Positions 5,332 through 13,534 of a stretch of 32,905 nucleotides of DNA are shown piece after piece. The notes under the pieces were generated by a model. That model ran no database searches. It saw nothing but the letters and a program-made list of their open reading frames with translations, and was not told where the DNA came from. The translations under genes and the position numbers were made by a program. The DNA comes from a virus. Each line of letters begins with the position of its first letter. Positions within the stretch are counted from its first letter, which is position 1. The stretch lies in the IMG/VR virus record IMGVR_UViG_3300045988_058951, positions 1-32,905 of that record, one strand, 5' to 3'.

Positions 5332-5760
5332 TCGCAATGCAACGGATTTGCTATGAATAGCATTGGCTACGGCAAAGAGAACCTGTGAACGACTGCGAAA
5401 TGCGAAGGCGCTGTTTTGCATAGCATGGAGCAACGGCATAGCAAGGCGAAGCACCGCGCTGGAATAGCATTGAAAGGCAAGGCAGAGGCATGGATTGGTC
5501 TAGCAAGGACTGGCAGAGCAACGGCCTAGCGTCGATAAGCAACGGCAAAGCTGTGAGGTGAGGAGCTAGGGCTAGGTATGCACAGCACCGCTTTGATAGG
5601 CAAAGGCGAAGCTAAACTGAGTTTCGATAAGCAATGGTGAAGCTAGGTTTTGACACGCAACGAAAGGCTAGGGCATAGCAGGGTGCAGATTGGCGATATT
5701 ACGCAGAGCAATGGAATAGCATCGCATCGATTGGCTACGGCACTGAGAAGCATAGAGACG
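5332..5760 (+). repeat. Non-coding purine-rich tract of degenerate interspersed repeats (AGCA-rich)
   Basis: All three plus frames are closed repeatedly. I count 15 AGCA. Recurring words:
- GAATAGCAT at 5355, 5462 and 5714.
- TGGCTACGGCA at 5364 and 5732.
- CGATAAGCAA(C/T)GG at 5533 and 5625.
- GCAGAGCAA(C/T)GG at 5513 and 5703.
- GCTAGG at 5565, 5571, 5642 and 5667. Confidence 0.8.
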
Positions 5761-5799
5761 CAAGGGAAAAAAATTAACATTTAACGGAGGTCAAAAGAC

Positions 5800-6405
5800 A
5801 TGAGCATGAAAAAAATCAAAGTAAAGTTGACGTTCACCGAAGAGATTTTGGGAACGGCAAACGCAACAACCACAATCCACGATGAGTATATCGCATCGAA
5901 AGCACCTGACGCAAAGAGCCGTGAGGAAGAGATAGCCGCACTTGGTGTAGCGGAAGTGGTCGAGAAGTCCGTGACAGTATTTCCAACATTGGAAGACGGC
6001 ACACCATTTCTCTGGGACTATCAGGTAAAAGGCTTCTTCAAAGACGCTTGCGGCGTTCTGAAAAAGGTATCAGGCACGGCAAGCTCCAAAATTAAGGCGT
6101 ACAAGAAAGAGATTGACGGACTTATCTTCGTCGAGGAGCGCAAGATACCATACGAATTCAAAGGCGGCATGGGCGAATGTCAACGGCCATTGAGGGCAAG
6201 CACGCCACAGGGCGAACGTGTTGCACTGGCACACTCTGAAACAGTACCTGCAGGAGCGACAGTTGAGTTCACAATCCAGATTCTGAAAGACGATATGGAA
6301 ACAGCCGTAAGAGAGTGGTTGGACTACGGCAAGCTGAGAGGTATCGGTCAGTGGCGTAACAGCGGCAAAGGTCGCTTTGAGTGGGAGGAAATTGAGAATG
6401 GATAA
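5800..6405 (+). CDS. Hypothetical protein, first gene of recombination/replication module; possible RRM/RAMP-like fold
   Basis: 201 aa with GGAGG 9 nt upstream. The C-terminus GIGQWRNSGKGRFEW fits G-h-G-x5-G-x-G followed by a terminal beta strand. The DGTPFLWDYQVKGFFKDA segment resembles the P-x7-KG segment of type III Cas7 proteins. This is pattern recognition only. Confidence 0.7.
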   Translation: MSMKKIKVKLTFTEEILGTANATTTIHDEYIASKAPDAKSREEEIAALGVAEVVEKSVTVFPTLEDGTPFLWDYQVKGFFKDACGVLKKVSGTASSKIKAYKKEIDGLIFVEERKIPYEFKGGMGECQRPLRASTPQGERVALAHSETVPAGATVEFTIQILKDDMETAVREWLDYGKLRGIGQWRNSGKGRFEWEEIENG

Positions 6406-6790
6406 GAAACTCACGAGCGAAGATATCATAAAGGTGGCTAAATGCTGTATAGTAGACAACTGTGGACCATGCCCACTTATGGGTACGGATAATTGCATCA
6501 CTGATTTCATGAAGCATATTCTCGAATACATGAAAAACGAGCCTGCACCTGCGGCAACAGGCACAAGCTCGGAGGTATCAAAAGATACCAGTTCAATATT
6601 ACACCTTGATGATAGCACAAAAGCAGCGATTTGTCAAGCATATGATACCGTAGACGAAGCCTGTACAGATATAATCGGTATCTATGAAGTAATGTCTGAG
6701 CGAGAACATAGAGCCTTTGACATTGGCGAGGCGTATGGAAAGATATGCAGCACAAGGGATAAGCTTGAAAATATGAGAGGAGAGAACTAA
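6398..6790 (+). CDS. Hypothetical protein with N-terminal Cys cluster
   Basis: ATG at 6398 lies 9 nt after GGGAGG and overlaps the previous stop (ATGGATAA). Cys cluster CCIVDNCGPCPLMGTDNC. The ORF-track TTG at 6377 is less likely. Confidence 0.65.
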   Translation: MDKKLTSEDIIKVAKCCIVDNCGPCPLMGTDNCITDFMKHILEYMKNEPAPAATGTSSEVSKDTSSILHLDDSTKAAICQAYDTVDEACTDIIGIYEVMSEREHRAFDIGEAYGKICSTRDKLENMRGEN

Positions 6791-6791
6791 A

Positions 6792-8063
6792 ATGTCAGTA
6801 AAAATAAACTCACTTGAATTTGAGAACGTAAAGAAGATAAAAGCCGTGCAGCTTGAGCCTGCAAAGAACGGGCTTACTGTTATCGGCGGTAAGAACAGGC
6901 AGGGCAAGACCTCTGTCCTTGACGCTATCGCTTGGGCGCTTGGTGGTGACAAGTATAAGCCGTCCTCTCCTCAGCGTGAGGGGTCTGTTGTCGAACCGCA
7001 CTTGAAGATCACCCTCGACAACGGTATAGTAGTGGAGCGTTCGGGTAAGAACAGCTCCCTCAAAGTCACCGACAGCACAGGCAAAAAAGGCGGTCAGCAG
7101 CTTTTGAACAGCTTTGTTGAGCAGTTCGCCCTTGACCTGCCGAAGTTCATCAATCAGTCAAGCAAGGAAAAAGCTTCAACTCTGCTGAAAATAATAGGAG
7201 TGGGCGATACGCTCTATCAGTTGGAGCATAAGGAACATTCACTCTATGACCAGCGTACCGCTATCGGCAGGATAGCTGACCAGAAGTCTAAGTTTGCAAA
7301 GGAAATGCCTGTGTATGCAAACGTCCCTGCCGAGCCTGTTTCAGCTTCGGAGCTTATCAGACGGCAGCAGGATATACTTGCTCGCAACGGTGAAAATCAG
7401 CGTAAGCGTGATCAGAAAGAATACTACGAAAAGCAGTTGGAGCTTGCTAAGTCTGCCTATGAGCGTGCAAAAGCAAGCTATGAAGCGGCAGTGAACAACT
7501 TCAAGCTTGCAAGCCTTGACGCACAAGACCTTGTGGACGAAAGCACAGCGGAGCTTGAAAAGAATATCTCAGATATCGAGGAGCTGAACAAGAAGATAAG
7601 AGCAAATCTCGACAGGGAGAAAGCTGAGATAGACGCTGAGGACTACCGTTCACAGTATACATATCTCACTGAGCAGATAGAGGACGTAAGACAGGCTAAA
7701 ACTGACCTACTCAAAAATGCCGACCTGCCCCTTGAGGGGCTTTCAGTTGAGGACGGAGAACTGCTGTATAACGGGCATAAGTGGGACAGTATAAGCGGTG
7801 CTGAACAGCTTATCGTCGCTACCTCTATCGTAAGAAAACTCAATCCTGACTGCGGTTTTGTCCTGCTGGACAAGCTTGAACAAATGGATACCGACACCCT
7901 TGAAGACTTCGGGAAGTGGCTTGAAGCACAGGGCTTGCAGGCGATAGCCACAAGAGTTTCTACAGGTGACGAGTGCAGTATCATTATCGAGGACGGCAGG
8001 TCAATGGACAATGACAAGGAAGAAAACACAGAAACGAAAACTTGGAAAGCAGGTGCATTTTAA
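6792..8063 (+). CDS. SMC/RecF/SbcC-like AAA ATPase (AAA_23-type)
   Basis: 423 aa with Walker A GGKNRQGKTS, a long coiled-coil middle and Walker B GFVLLDKLEQMD. It ends in WKAGAF. Confidence 0.8.
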   Translation: MSVKINSLEFENVKKIKAVQLEPAKNGLTVIGGKNRQGKTSVLDAIAWALGGDKYKPSSPQREGSVVEPHLKITLDNGIVVERSGKNSSLKVTDSTGKKGGQQLLNSFVEQFALDLPKFINQSSKEKASTLLKIIGVGDTLYQLEHKEHSLYDQRTAIGRIADQKSKFAKEMPVYANVPAEPVSASELIRRQQDILARNGENQRKRDQKEYYEKQLELAKSAYERAKASYEAAVNNFKLASLDAQDLVDESTAELEKNISDIEELNKKIRANLDREKAEIDAEDYRSQYTYLTEQIEDVRQAKTDLLKNADLPLEGLSVEDGELLYNGHKWDSISGAEQLIVATSIVRKLNPDCGFVLLDKLEQMDTDTLEDFGKWLEAQGLQAIATRVSTGDECSIIIEDGRSMDNDKEENTETKTWKAGAF

Positions 8064-9205
8064 TGTATGAGATAACATCAGGAGTTGTAAGCTCCGCACA
8101 GAAAGTTGTGATATATGGTCCTGAGGGCATAGGCAAATCCACCTTTGCGGCTCAGTTCCCCGACCCTGTATTTATTGATACAGAGGGCAGTACAAAGAAG
8201 CTGAACATCAGACGTTTCCCTAAGCCAACAAGTTGGGAAATGCTCAAAAACGAGGTAAAGGAAGCTATGAACGGCAGGCTCTGCAAGACCCTTGTCATTG
8301 ATACATTTGATTGGGCTGAACAGCTTTGCATTGAAACGATCTGCTCGGCACATCAGAAGAAAGGCATTGAAGATTTCGGCTACGGCAATGGCTATGTTTA
8401 CGAAAAAGAGGAGATAGGCAAGTTTCTTAATCTCTTGCAGGAGGTAGTTGACAGCGGTATCAACGTTGTGCTTACGGCTCACGCTCAGATGAGAAAGTTT
8501 GAACAGCCTGACGAGCTTGGTGCTTATGACCGTTGGGAGTTAAAGCTCGGCAAGAAAACTTCTTCTCAGATATCGCCTCTTGTGAAAGAATGGGCAGATA
8601 TGGTGTTGTTTGCAAACTACAAAACATATGCAGTAGCTGTGGATAAGGACGGTAAGAAGTTCAAGGCTCAGGGCGGTGACCGTGTAATGTACACCACACA
8701 TCACCCCTGCTGGGACGCTAAAAATCGTGACGGACTTCCGTCTGAAATGCCTTTTGAGTATAGTGGTATAGCTCACCTGTTTGCGTATACACAGCCTGCT
8801 GAAATGCCTAAGCCTGTGCCGATGCCAAGACGTGTGCAGGAGCAGCTTGCACAGCCGAAAGCAGCACCGCAGCCACCTCATAAGACATCAAACGCAGTGA
8901 CATTGCAGCAGGCTCAGCCGACAGCTGCACCAAAGGCAGAAGAACCCCTTACAGACCTCAGCGGCTTTGAGGATGTTGCACCACCTATCGTTATCCCTGA
9001 GGGCATACCGAAAGCGCTTGCAGACCTTATGAGAGCCAACAACGTAAGCGAATCGGATATACGTCTTGTGGTATCTCAGAGAAACTATTTCCCTTATGAT
9101 ACTCCTATCACAAACTACCCTGACGACTTCGTGCAGGGCTGTCTGATAGGTGCTTGGGAGCAAATGCTGCCGCTTATCAGAGAAAATCAGAAAGTACCAT
9201 TTTAA
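8063..9205 (+). CDS. AAA_24/Sak4-like RecA-fold ATPase with C-terminal extension
   Basis: ATG at 8063 overlaps the upstream TAA (TAATG). Walker A is GPEGIGKST. A core of about 230 aa is followed by a Pro/Gln/Ala-rich linker and a domain of about 90 aa ending in VPF. Confidence 0.8.
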   Translation: MYEITSGVVSSAQKVVIYGPEGIGKSTFAAQFPDPVFIDTEGSTKKLNIRRFPKPTSWEMLKNEVKEAMNGRLCKTLVIDTFDWAEQLCIETICSAHQKKGIEDFGYGNGYVYEKEEIGKFLNLLQEVVDSGINVVLTAHAQMRKFEQPDELGAYDRWELKLGKKTSSQISPLVKEWADMVLFANYKTYAVAVDKDGKKFKAQGGDRVMYTTHHPCWDAKNRDGLPSEMPFEYSGIAHLFAYTQPAEMPKPVPMPRRVQEQLAQPKAAPQPPHKTSNAVTLQQAQPTAAPKAEEPLTDLSGFEDVAPPIVIPEGIPKALADLMRANNVSESDIRLVVSQRNYFPYDTPITNYPDDFVQGCLIGAWEQMLPLIRENQKVPF

Positions 9206-9220
9206 AAGGAGGACAACACT

Positions 9221-9727
9221 ATGGATAAATTTATGGAATACGGCTGGGAAGATGAGATAGTCAACGAGGGTGGGGACTTTGTCCCGCTCCCTGAGGGGGA
9301 CTATGACTTCACCGTTGCAAAGTACGAACGTGCAAGACACGAGGGGTCGGCAAAAGTACCGCCCTGCAATATGGCAAAGGTCACATTCACCATTTGGGGT
9401 GCAGAGGACAGCGTGGAGATAACAGAGAACTTCTTCCTTTGTAACAAGTTTGAGTGGAAGCTCTCAGCACTTTTCTTGGCTCTCGGGCTAAAAAAGCATG
9501 GCGAGCCGTTGAAAATGAACTGGAACGCTATCACAGGCAAAAAGGGCAAGTGTCACGTCTACGTTGACAACTACAAGAACAAGGACGGTGAGGACAGGCA
9601 GTCCAACAAGATAAAGAAGCTCTATGCCTATGACGAGAATGTGACTACCGTTCAGCCTGCTCAGACGCAGACACCGCAGTATAGTCAACCTGCTCAGACA
9701 GGTGGTTGGAAAGCCGGTGCGTTCTGA
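9221..9727 (+). CDS. DUF669-like protein (SSB-like accessory of AAA_24 modules)
   Basis: 168 aa with AGGAGG RBS. The N-terminal pattern GGDFVPLPEGDYDFTV and its position right after the AAA_24 gene fit DUF669. It has a Gln/Thr/Pro-rich tail ending in WKAGAF. Confidence 0.65.
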   Translation: MDKFMEYGWEDEIVNEGGDFVPLPEGDYDFTVAKYERARHEGSAKVPPCNMAKVTFTIWGAEDSVEITENFFLCNKFEWKLSALFLALGLKKHGEPLKMNWNAITGKKGKCHVYVDNYKNKDGEDRQSNKIKKLYAYDENVTTVQPAQTQTPQYSQPAQTGGWKAGAF

Positions 9728-11316
9728 TGATGAATTTAAGACCATATCAAAACGAGGCTAAGCTTGCTATACTCGAACAATGGTCTGAGGGAATAAATAA
9801 GGTCCTTGCAGTTCTGCCCACAGGAACGGGAAAGACAATACTTTTCTCGGCTGTTACGGAAGAATGCGTGCGGCAGGGTAAGCGTGTGCTTATCCTTGCC
9901 CACAGAGGCGAGCTGCTCGACCAGGCGGCGGACAAGCTTATGAAGTCAACAGGGCTTGGCTGTGCCACCGAGAAAGCAGAGCAAAGTTGTTTAGGCTCTT
10001 GGTATCGTGTAGTAGTAGGCTCAGTTCAGACCCTTATGCGTGAGAAAAGGCTCAAAGGCTTTTCGGAAAATTACTTCGATACCATTATCATTGACGAGGC
10101 TCATCACGCTATCTCAGACGGCTATCAGAGAGTGCTTGACCATTTTCCTGAAGCTCAGGTACTTGGGGTAACGGCTACACCTGACAGGGGCGATATGAAG
10201 AACTTAGGCTCGGTGTTTGACAGCCTTGCATATGAATACACCCTGCCGCAGGCTATCAAAGAGGGCTATCTTTCACCGATCAAGGCTATCACCATACCGC
10301 TGAAACTTGACCTTTCAGGAGTATCAACTCAGGCAGGAGATTTCAAGGCAAGTGATATCGACACGGCACTTGACCCATATCTTTATCAGATAGCTGATGA
10401 AATGCTCAAATACTGCAAGGAGCGCAAGACAGTTGTGTTCCTGCCGCTTGTCAAGACCTCTCAGAAGTTCCGTGATATCCTTATCAGCAAGGGCTTTAAC
10501 GCCGCTGAGGTCAACGGAGAAAGCACAAACAGAGCGGAGATATTAGAAGCTTTCGACAAGGGCGAATACAACGTGCTGTGCAACTCAATGCTCCTCACAG
10601 AGGGCTGGGACTGTCCGTCAGTTGACTGCGTTATCGTACTAAGACCAACAAAAGTGCGTGGACTTTACTGTCAAATGGTAGGCAGAGGCACAAGACTTTG
10701 CGAGGGAAAGACAGAGCTTTTGCTGCTTGATTTCCTGTGGCACACAGAACGCCACGAGCTTTGCAGACCTGCACACCTTATCTGTCAGAATGAAGAGGTC
10801 GCTGAGAAAATGACCGAAAACCTTGCCAATGAGGCAGGCTGTGCAGTAGATATCGAAGAGGCAGAAAAACAGGCAAGTGAGGACGTTGTGGCACAGCGTG
10901 AAGAGTCTTTGGCAAAGCAGCTCAAAGAAATGAAAACACGCAAGCGAAAGCTCGTTGACCCTTTGCAGTATGAAATGTCAATACAGGCTGAGGACTTGTC
11001 CTCTTACGTTCCTGCTTTTGGCTGGGAGTGTGCTCCTGCTACCGACAAGCAGAAGGCAAAGCTTGAAAAGCTGGGCATTTTCCCTGACGATATAGACAAC
11101 GCAGGCAAGGCAAAGCTTATCCTTGACCGGCTTGAAAAGCGCCGCAATGCAGGACTTACCACTCCAAAGCAAATAAGGCTGCTTGAAAGCAAGGGCTTTG
11201 AGCACGTTGGCTCTTGGAGCTTTGACAGTGCAAGCAAAATGATAGCCCGTATCTCTGCCAACGGCTGGAGAGTGCCGAGAGATATCGACCCGAAGACATA
11301 CACACCTGAGAACTAA
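9727..11316 (+). CDS. Superfamily-2 DEAD/DEAH-box DNA helicase
   Basis: ATG at 9727 overlaps the upstream TGA (TGATG). Motif I LPTGTGKT, motif II IIIDEAHH, motif VI QMVGRGTR. The C-terminus carries two tandem repeats of about 35 aa. Confidence 0.88.
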   Translation: MMNLRPYQNEAKLAILEQWSEGINKVLAVLPTGTGKTILFSAVTEECVRQGKRVLILAHRGELLDQAADKLMKSTGLGCATEKAEQSCLGSWYRVVVGSVQTLMREKRLKGFSENYFDTIIIDEAHHAISDGYQRVLDHFPEAQVLGVTATPDRGDMKNLGSVFDSLAYEYTLPQAIKEGYLSPIKAITIPLKLDLSGVSTQAGDFKASDIDTALDPYLYQIADEMLKYCKERKTVVFLPLVKTSQKFRDILISKGFNAAEVNGESTNRAEILEAFDKGEYNVLCNSMLLTEGWDCPSVDCVIVLRPTKVRGLYCQMVGRGTRLCEGKTELLLLDFLWHTERHELCRPAHLICQNEEVAEKMTENLANEAGCAVDIEEAEKQASEDVVAQREESLAKQLKEMKTRKRKLVDPLQYEMSIQAEDLSSYVPAFGWECAPATDKQKAKLEKLGIFPDDIDNAGKAKLILDRLEKRRNAGLTTPKQIRLLESKGFEHVGSWSFDSASKMIARISANGWRVPRDIDPKTYTPEN

Positions 11317-11326
11317 GGAGAAGTGA

Positions 11327-13534
11327 ATGGATAACACAAATTTGCTTAAAATGCTTGAATACATAGACCCTGCAAGCTGTGATTATCAAGAATGGGTCAA
11401 TGTGGGAATGGCTCTCAAGCACGAGGGCTATTCCGTGAACGATTGGGACAGTTGGTCAAGGTCAGACAGCCGTTATCACAGCGGTGAGTGTGAACACAAG
11501 TGGCAAGGCTTTAACGGCAATGCTCAGCCCGTGACCGCAGGAACTATCGTGCAAATGGCAAAGGAAAGAGGATACAGCCCACATGAGTTTAAGGCATACG
11601 ATTGGGACGGCGAGATAGTTGCAGAAGAAAGCAGCCCCCTTGTAAACGGCGGTGAGGGCATACCGATCACCGAGCCTGCCCAATGGGATCCTGTCAAGGA
11701 AATAGTCACATATCTTGAAACACTCTTTGAAGCAGGAGAGAACGTGGGCTATGTTACGCAAACGTGGGAAACAGAGAAGGACGGCAAGACCAAGTATCTG
11801 CCTACAAAGGGCTGCTGTGACAGGACGGCAGGGGAGCTTATCAAGAGGCTTGGCGAATGTAACGGCGACATTGGTGCGGTGTTTGGCGACTACAAGGAAG
11901 AAGCCGGAGCGTGGATCCGCTTCAATCCTCTTGACGGCAAGGGCGTAAAGAACGAGAATGTAACAGACTACCGCTATGCTCTTGTTGAAAGCGACAGTAT
12001 GCCTATAGAACAGCAGAATGCTGTGATGAGAGAGCTTGAACTTCCTATCGCTGTGCTTGTATACAGCGGTGGAAAGAGCGTTCACGCTATCGTCAAGATA
12101 GACGCTCCCAACTATGATGAATACCGCAGGCGTGTTGATTTTCTTTACAAGGTCTGCAAGGAAAGTGGTCTTGACATAGATAAACAAAACCGCAATCCCT
12201 CACGTCTTAGCCGTATGCCAGGCGTTATGAGAAACGGCAAGAAACAGTTCATCATTGACAAGAACATAGGAAAGGAGAGTTTTTCGGAATGGAAAGATTA
12301 CATAGAGAGTATCAATGATGATCTCCCCGACCCTGAGAGCCTGAGTGCTGAGTGGGACAACCTGCCTGAGCTTGCTCCGCCACTTATTGACGGCGTCCTC
12401 AGACAGGGCCACAAAATGCTCATTGCAGGTCCGTCAAAGGCAGGCAAGTCTTATGCACTTATCGAAATGTGCGTGGCGATAGCTGAGGGGGTCAAGTGGT
12501 TTGGCTGGCAATGCACCAAGGGGAAGATACTATACGTCAACCTGGAGCTTGACAGAGCATCTTGTCTGCACCGTTTCAAGGACGTGTACACCGCAATGCA
12601 CCTAGAACCTGATAACCTCAACAGCATAGACATATGGAACTTGCGAGGTCACAGCGTACCAATGGACAAGCTTGCACCAAAGCTTATACGCCGAGCAAGC
12701 AAGAAGAATTACATTGCCGTGATAATAGACCCTATCTACAAGGTCATAACAGGTGATGAGAACTCAGCAGACCAAATGGCGCACTTCTGCAACCAGTTTG
12801 ACAAGGTATGCACAGAGCTTGGCTGTGCGGTCATATACTGCCACCACCACTCAAAGGGAGCGCAGGGCGGTAAGCGTTCAATGGACAGAGCCAGCGGTTC
12901 AGGAGTATTCGCCCGTGACCCTGACGCACTTCTTGACCTTTCAGAGCTTGACATTTCAGACAGCCTTTACAAGCAGCAGGAGGACGAAACTGTTTGCCGT
13001 ATCTGTGAGGACTGGATGAGGAGATTTTACAGAAATACTGATGACCTTTGTTCACAAGACGATCTTGTTACGCCGTCAAAAATGCTGGAGATAACCCACA
13101 AGTATCTGCACCCGAACTCATACAAGCTTATGATGACCGACATAGACAAGGCTAAGCTTGCAGTAAGAAACCGCACGGCATGGCGTATAGAGGGTACTCT
13201 GAGAGAGTTCCCGAAATTTGCTCCACTCAATATGTGGTTTGATTATCCTGTTCACAGAGAGGATACTGTGGGCGTGCTTAAAGACTGCGAGGTAGAGGAC
13301 ATCTCACCGAATTGGAAAAAGAATTTCAGCAAGAAGAAGACCAATGAAGACCGCAGCAAGGAGCGCAAGGAGAGCATTGAAACAGCTTTCAGCGGTGTGC
13401 AGGAGAACGGCAAGTGCCGCATTTCTGAGCTGGCGGAGTACATAGGAAAGAGCGAAAAGACCGTTGGAAGATACCTCAAAGAGCATGGTGGCTTTTGGAT
13501 AGAAGAGGGAGAATGCGGCTTAAAAGCTCAGTAG
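11327..13534 (+). CDS. Primase-polymerase fused to RecA/DnaB-like (AAA_25-type) ATPase
   Basis: 735 aa. PriCT-2-like N-terminus (QEWVNVGMALKHEGYSVNDWDSWS). AEP-type motifs ALVESD and YSGGKSVHAIV. Walker A AGPSKAGKSY and Walker B-like AVIIDPIYK. HTH-like C-terminal tail. Confidence 0.8.
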   Translation: MDNTNLLKMLEYIDPASCDYQEWVNVGMALKHEGYSVNDWDSWSRSDSRYHSGECEHKWQGFNGNAQPVTAGTIVQMAKERGYSPHEFKAYDWDGEIVAEESSPLVNGGEGIPITEPAQWDPVKEIVTYLETLFEAGENVGYVTQTWETEKDGKTKYLPTKGCCDRTAGELIKRLGECNGDIGAVFGDYKEEAGAWIRFNPLDGKGVKNENVTDYRYALVESDSMPIEQQNAVMRELELPIAVLVYSGGKSVHAIVKIDAPNYDEYRRRVDFLYKVCKESGLDIDKQNRNPSRLSRMPGVMRNGKKQFIIDKNIGKESFSEWKDYIESINDDLPDPESLSAEWDNLPELAPPLIDGVLRQGHKMLIAGPSKAGKSYALIEMCVAIAEGVKWFGWQCTKGKILYVNLELDRASCLHRFKDVYTAMHLEPDNLNSIDIWNLRGHSVPMDKLAPKLIRRASKKNYIAVIIDPIYKVITGDENSADQMAHFCNQFDKVCTELGCAVIYCHHHSKGAQGGKRSMDRASGSGVFARDPDALLDLSELDISDSLYKQQEDETVCRICEDWMRRFYRNTDDLCSQDDLVTPSKMLEITHKYLHPNSYKLMMTDIDKAKLAVRNRTAWRIEGTLREFPKFAPLNMWFDYPVHREDTVGVLKDCEVEDISPNWKKNFSKKKTNEDRSKERKESIETAFSGVQENGKCRISELAEYIGKSEKTVGRYLKEHGGFWIEEGECGLKAQ

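Noticed and set aside
5351-5548. 65-aa minus-strand ORF inside the repeat tract
   Set aside because: It is a Pro/Leu/Cys/Ser-rich translation of the pyrimidine-rich strand. It has no RBS and is oriented against the whole operon.
5332-5760. CRISPR array, or a coding region read with a reassigned stop codon
   Set aside because: The repeats are degenerate and irregularly spaced, with no repeat-spacer periodicity, so this is not a CRISPR array. All three stop types (TAG, TGA and TAA) interrupt every frame, so single-codon reassignment (TAG or TGA) cannot open a frame.
6070-6618. 182-aa minus-strand ORF (and neighbours at 6269-6517 and 6507-6952)
   Set aside because: These are antisense to two well-supported plus-strand genes with RBSs and overlapping junctions. 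The sequence is not protein-like.
8042-8062. TTG starts giving identical MESRC(I/V)LM N-termini at 8042 and 9706
   Set aside because: The identity simply reflects the shared WKAGAF-coding DNA of the upstream genes read in another frame. The real starts are the ATGs overlapping the upstream stops (8063 and 9727).
11462-12187. 241-aa minus-strand ORF inside the primase gene
   Set aside because: It is antisense to a gene with clear primase and ATPase motifs. It has no RBS or promoter, and the sequence is implausible.
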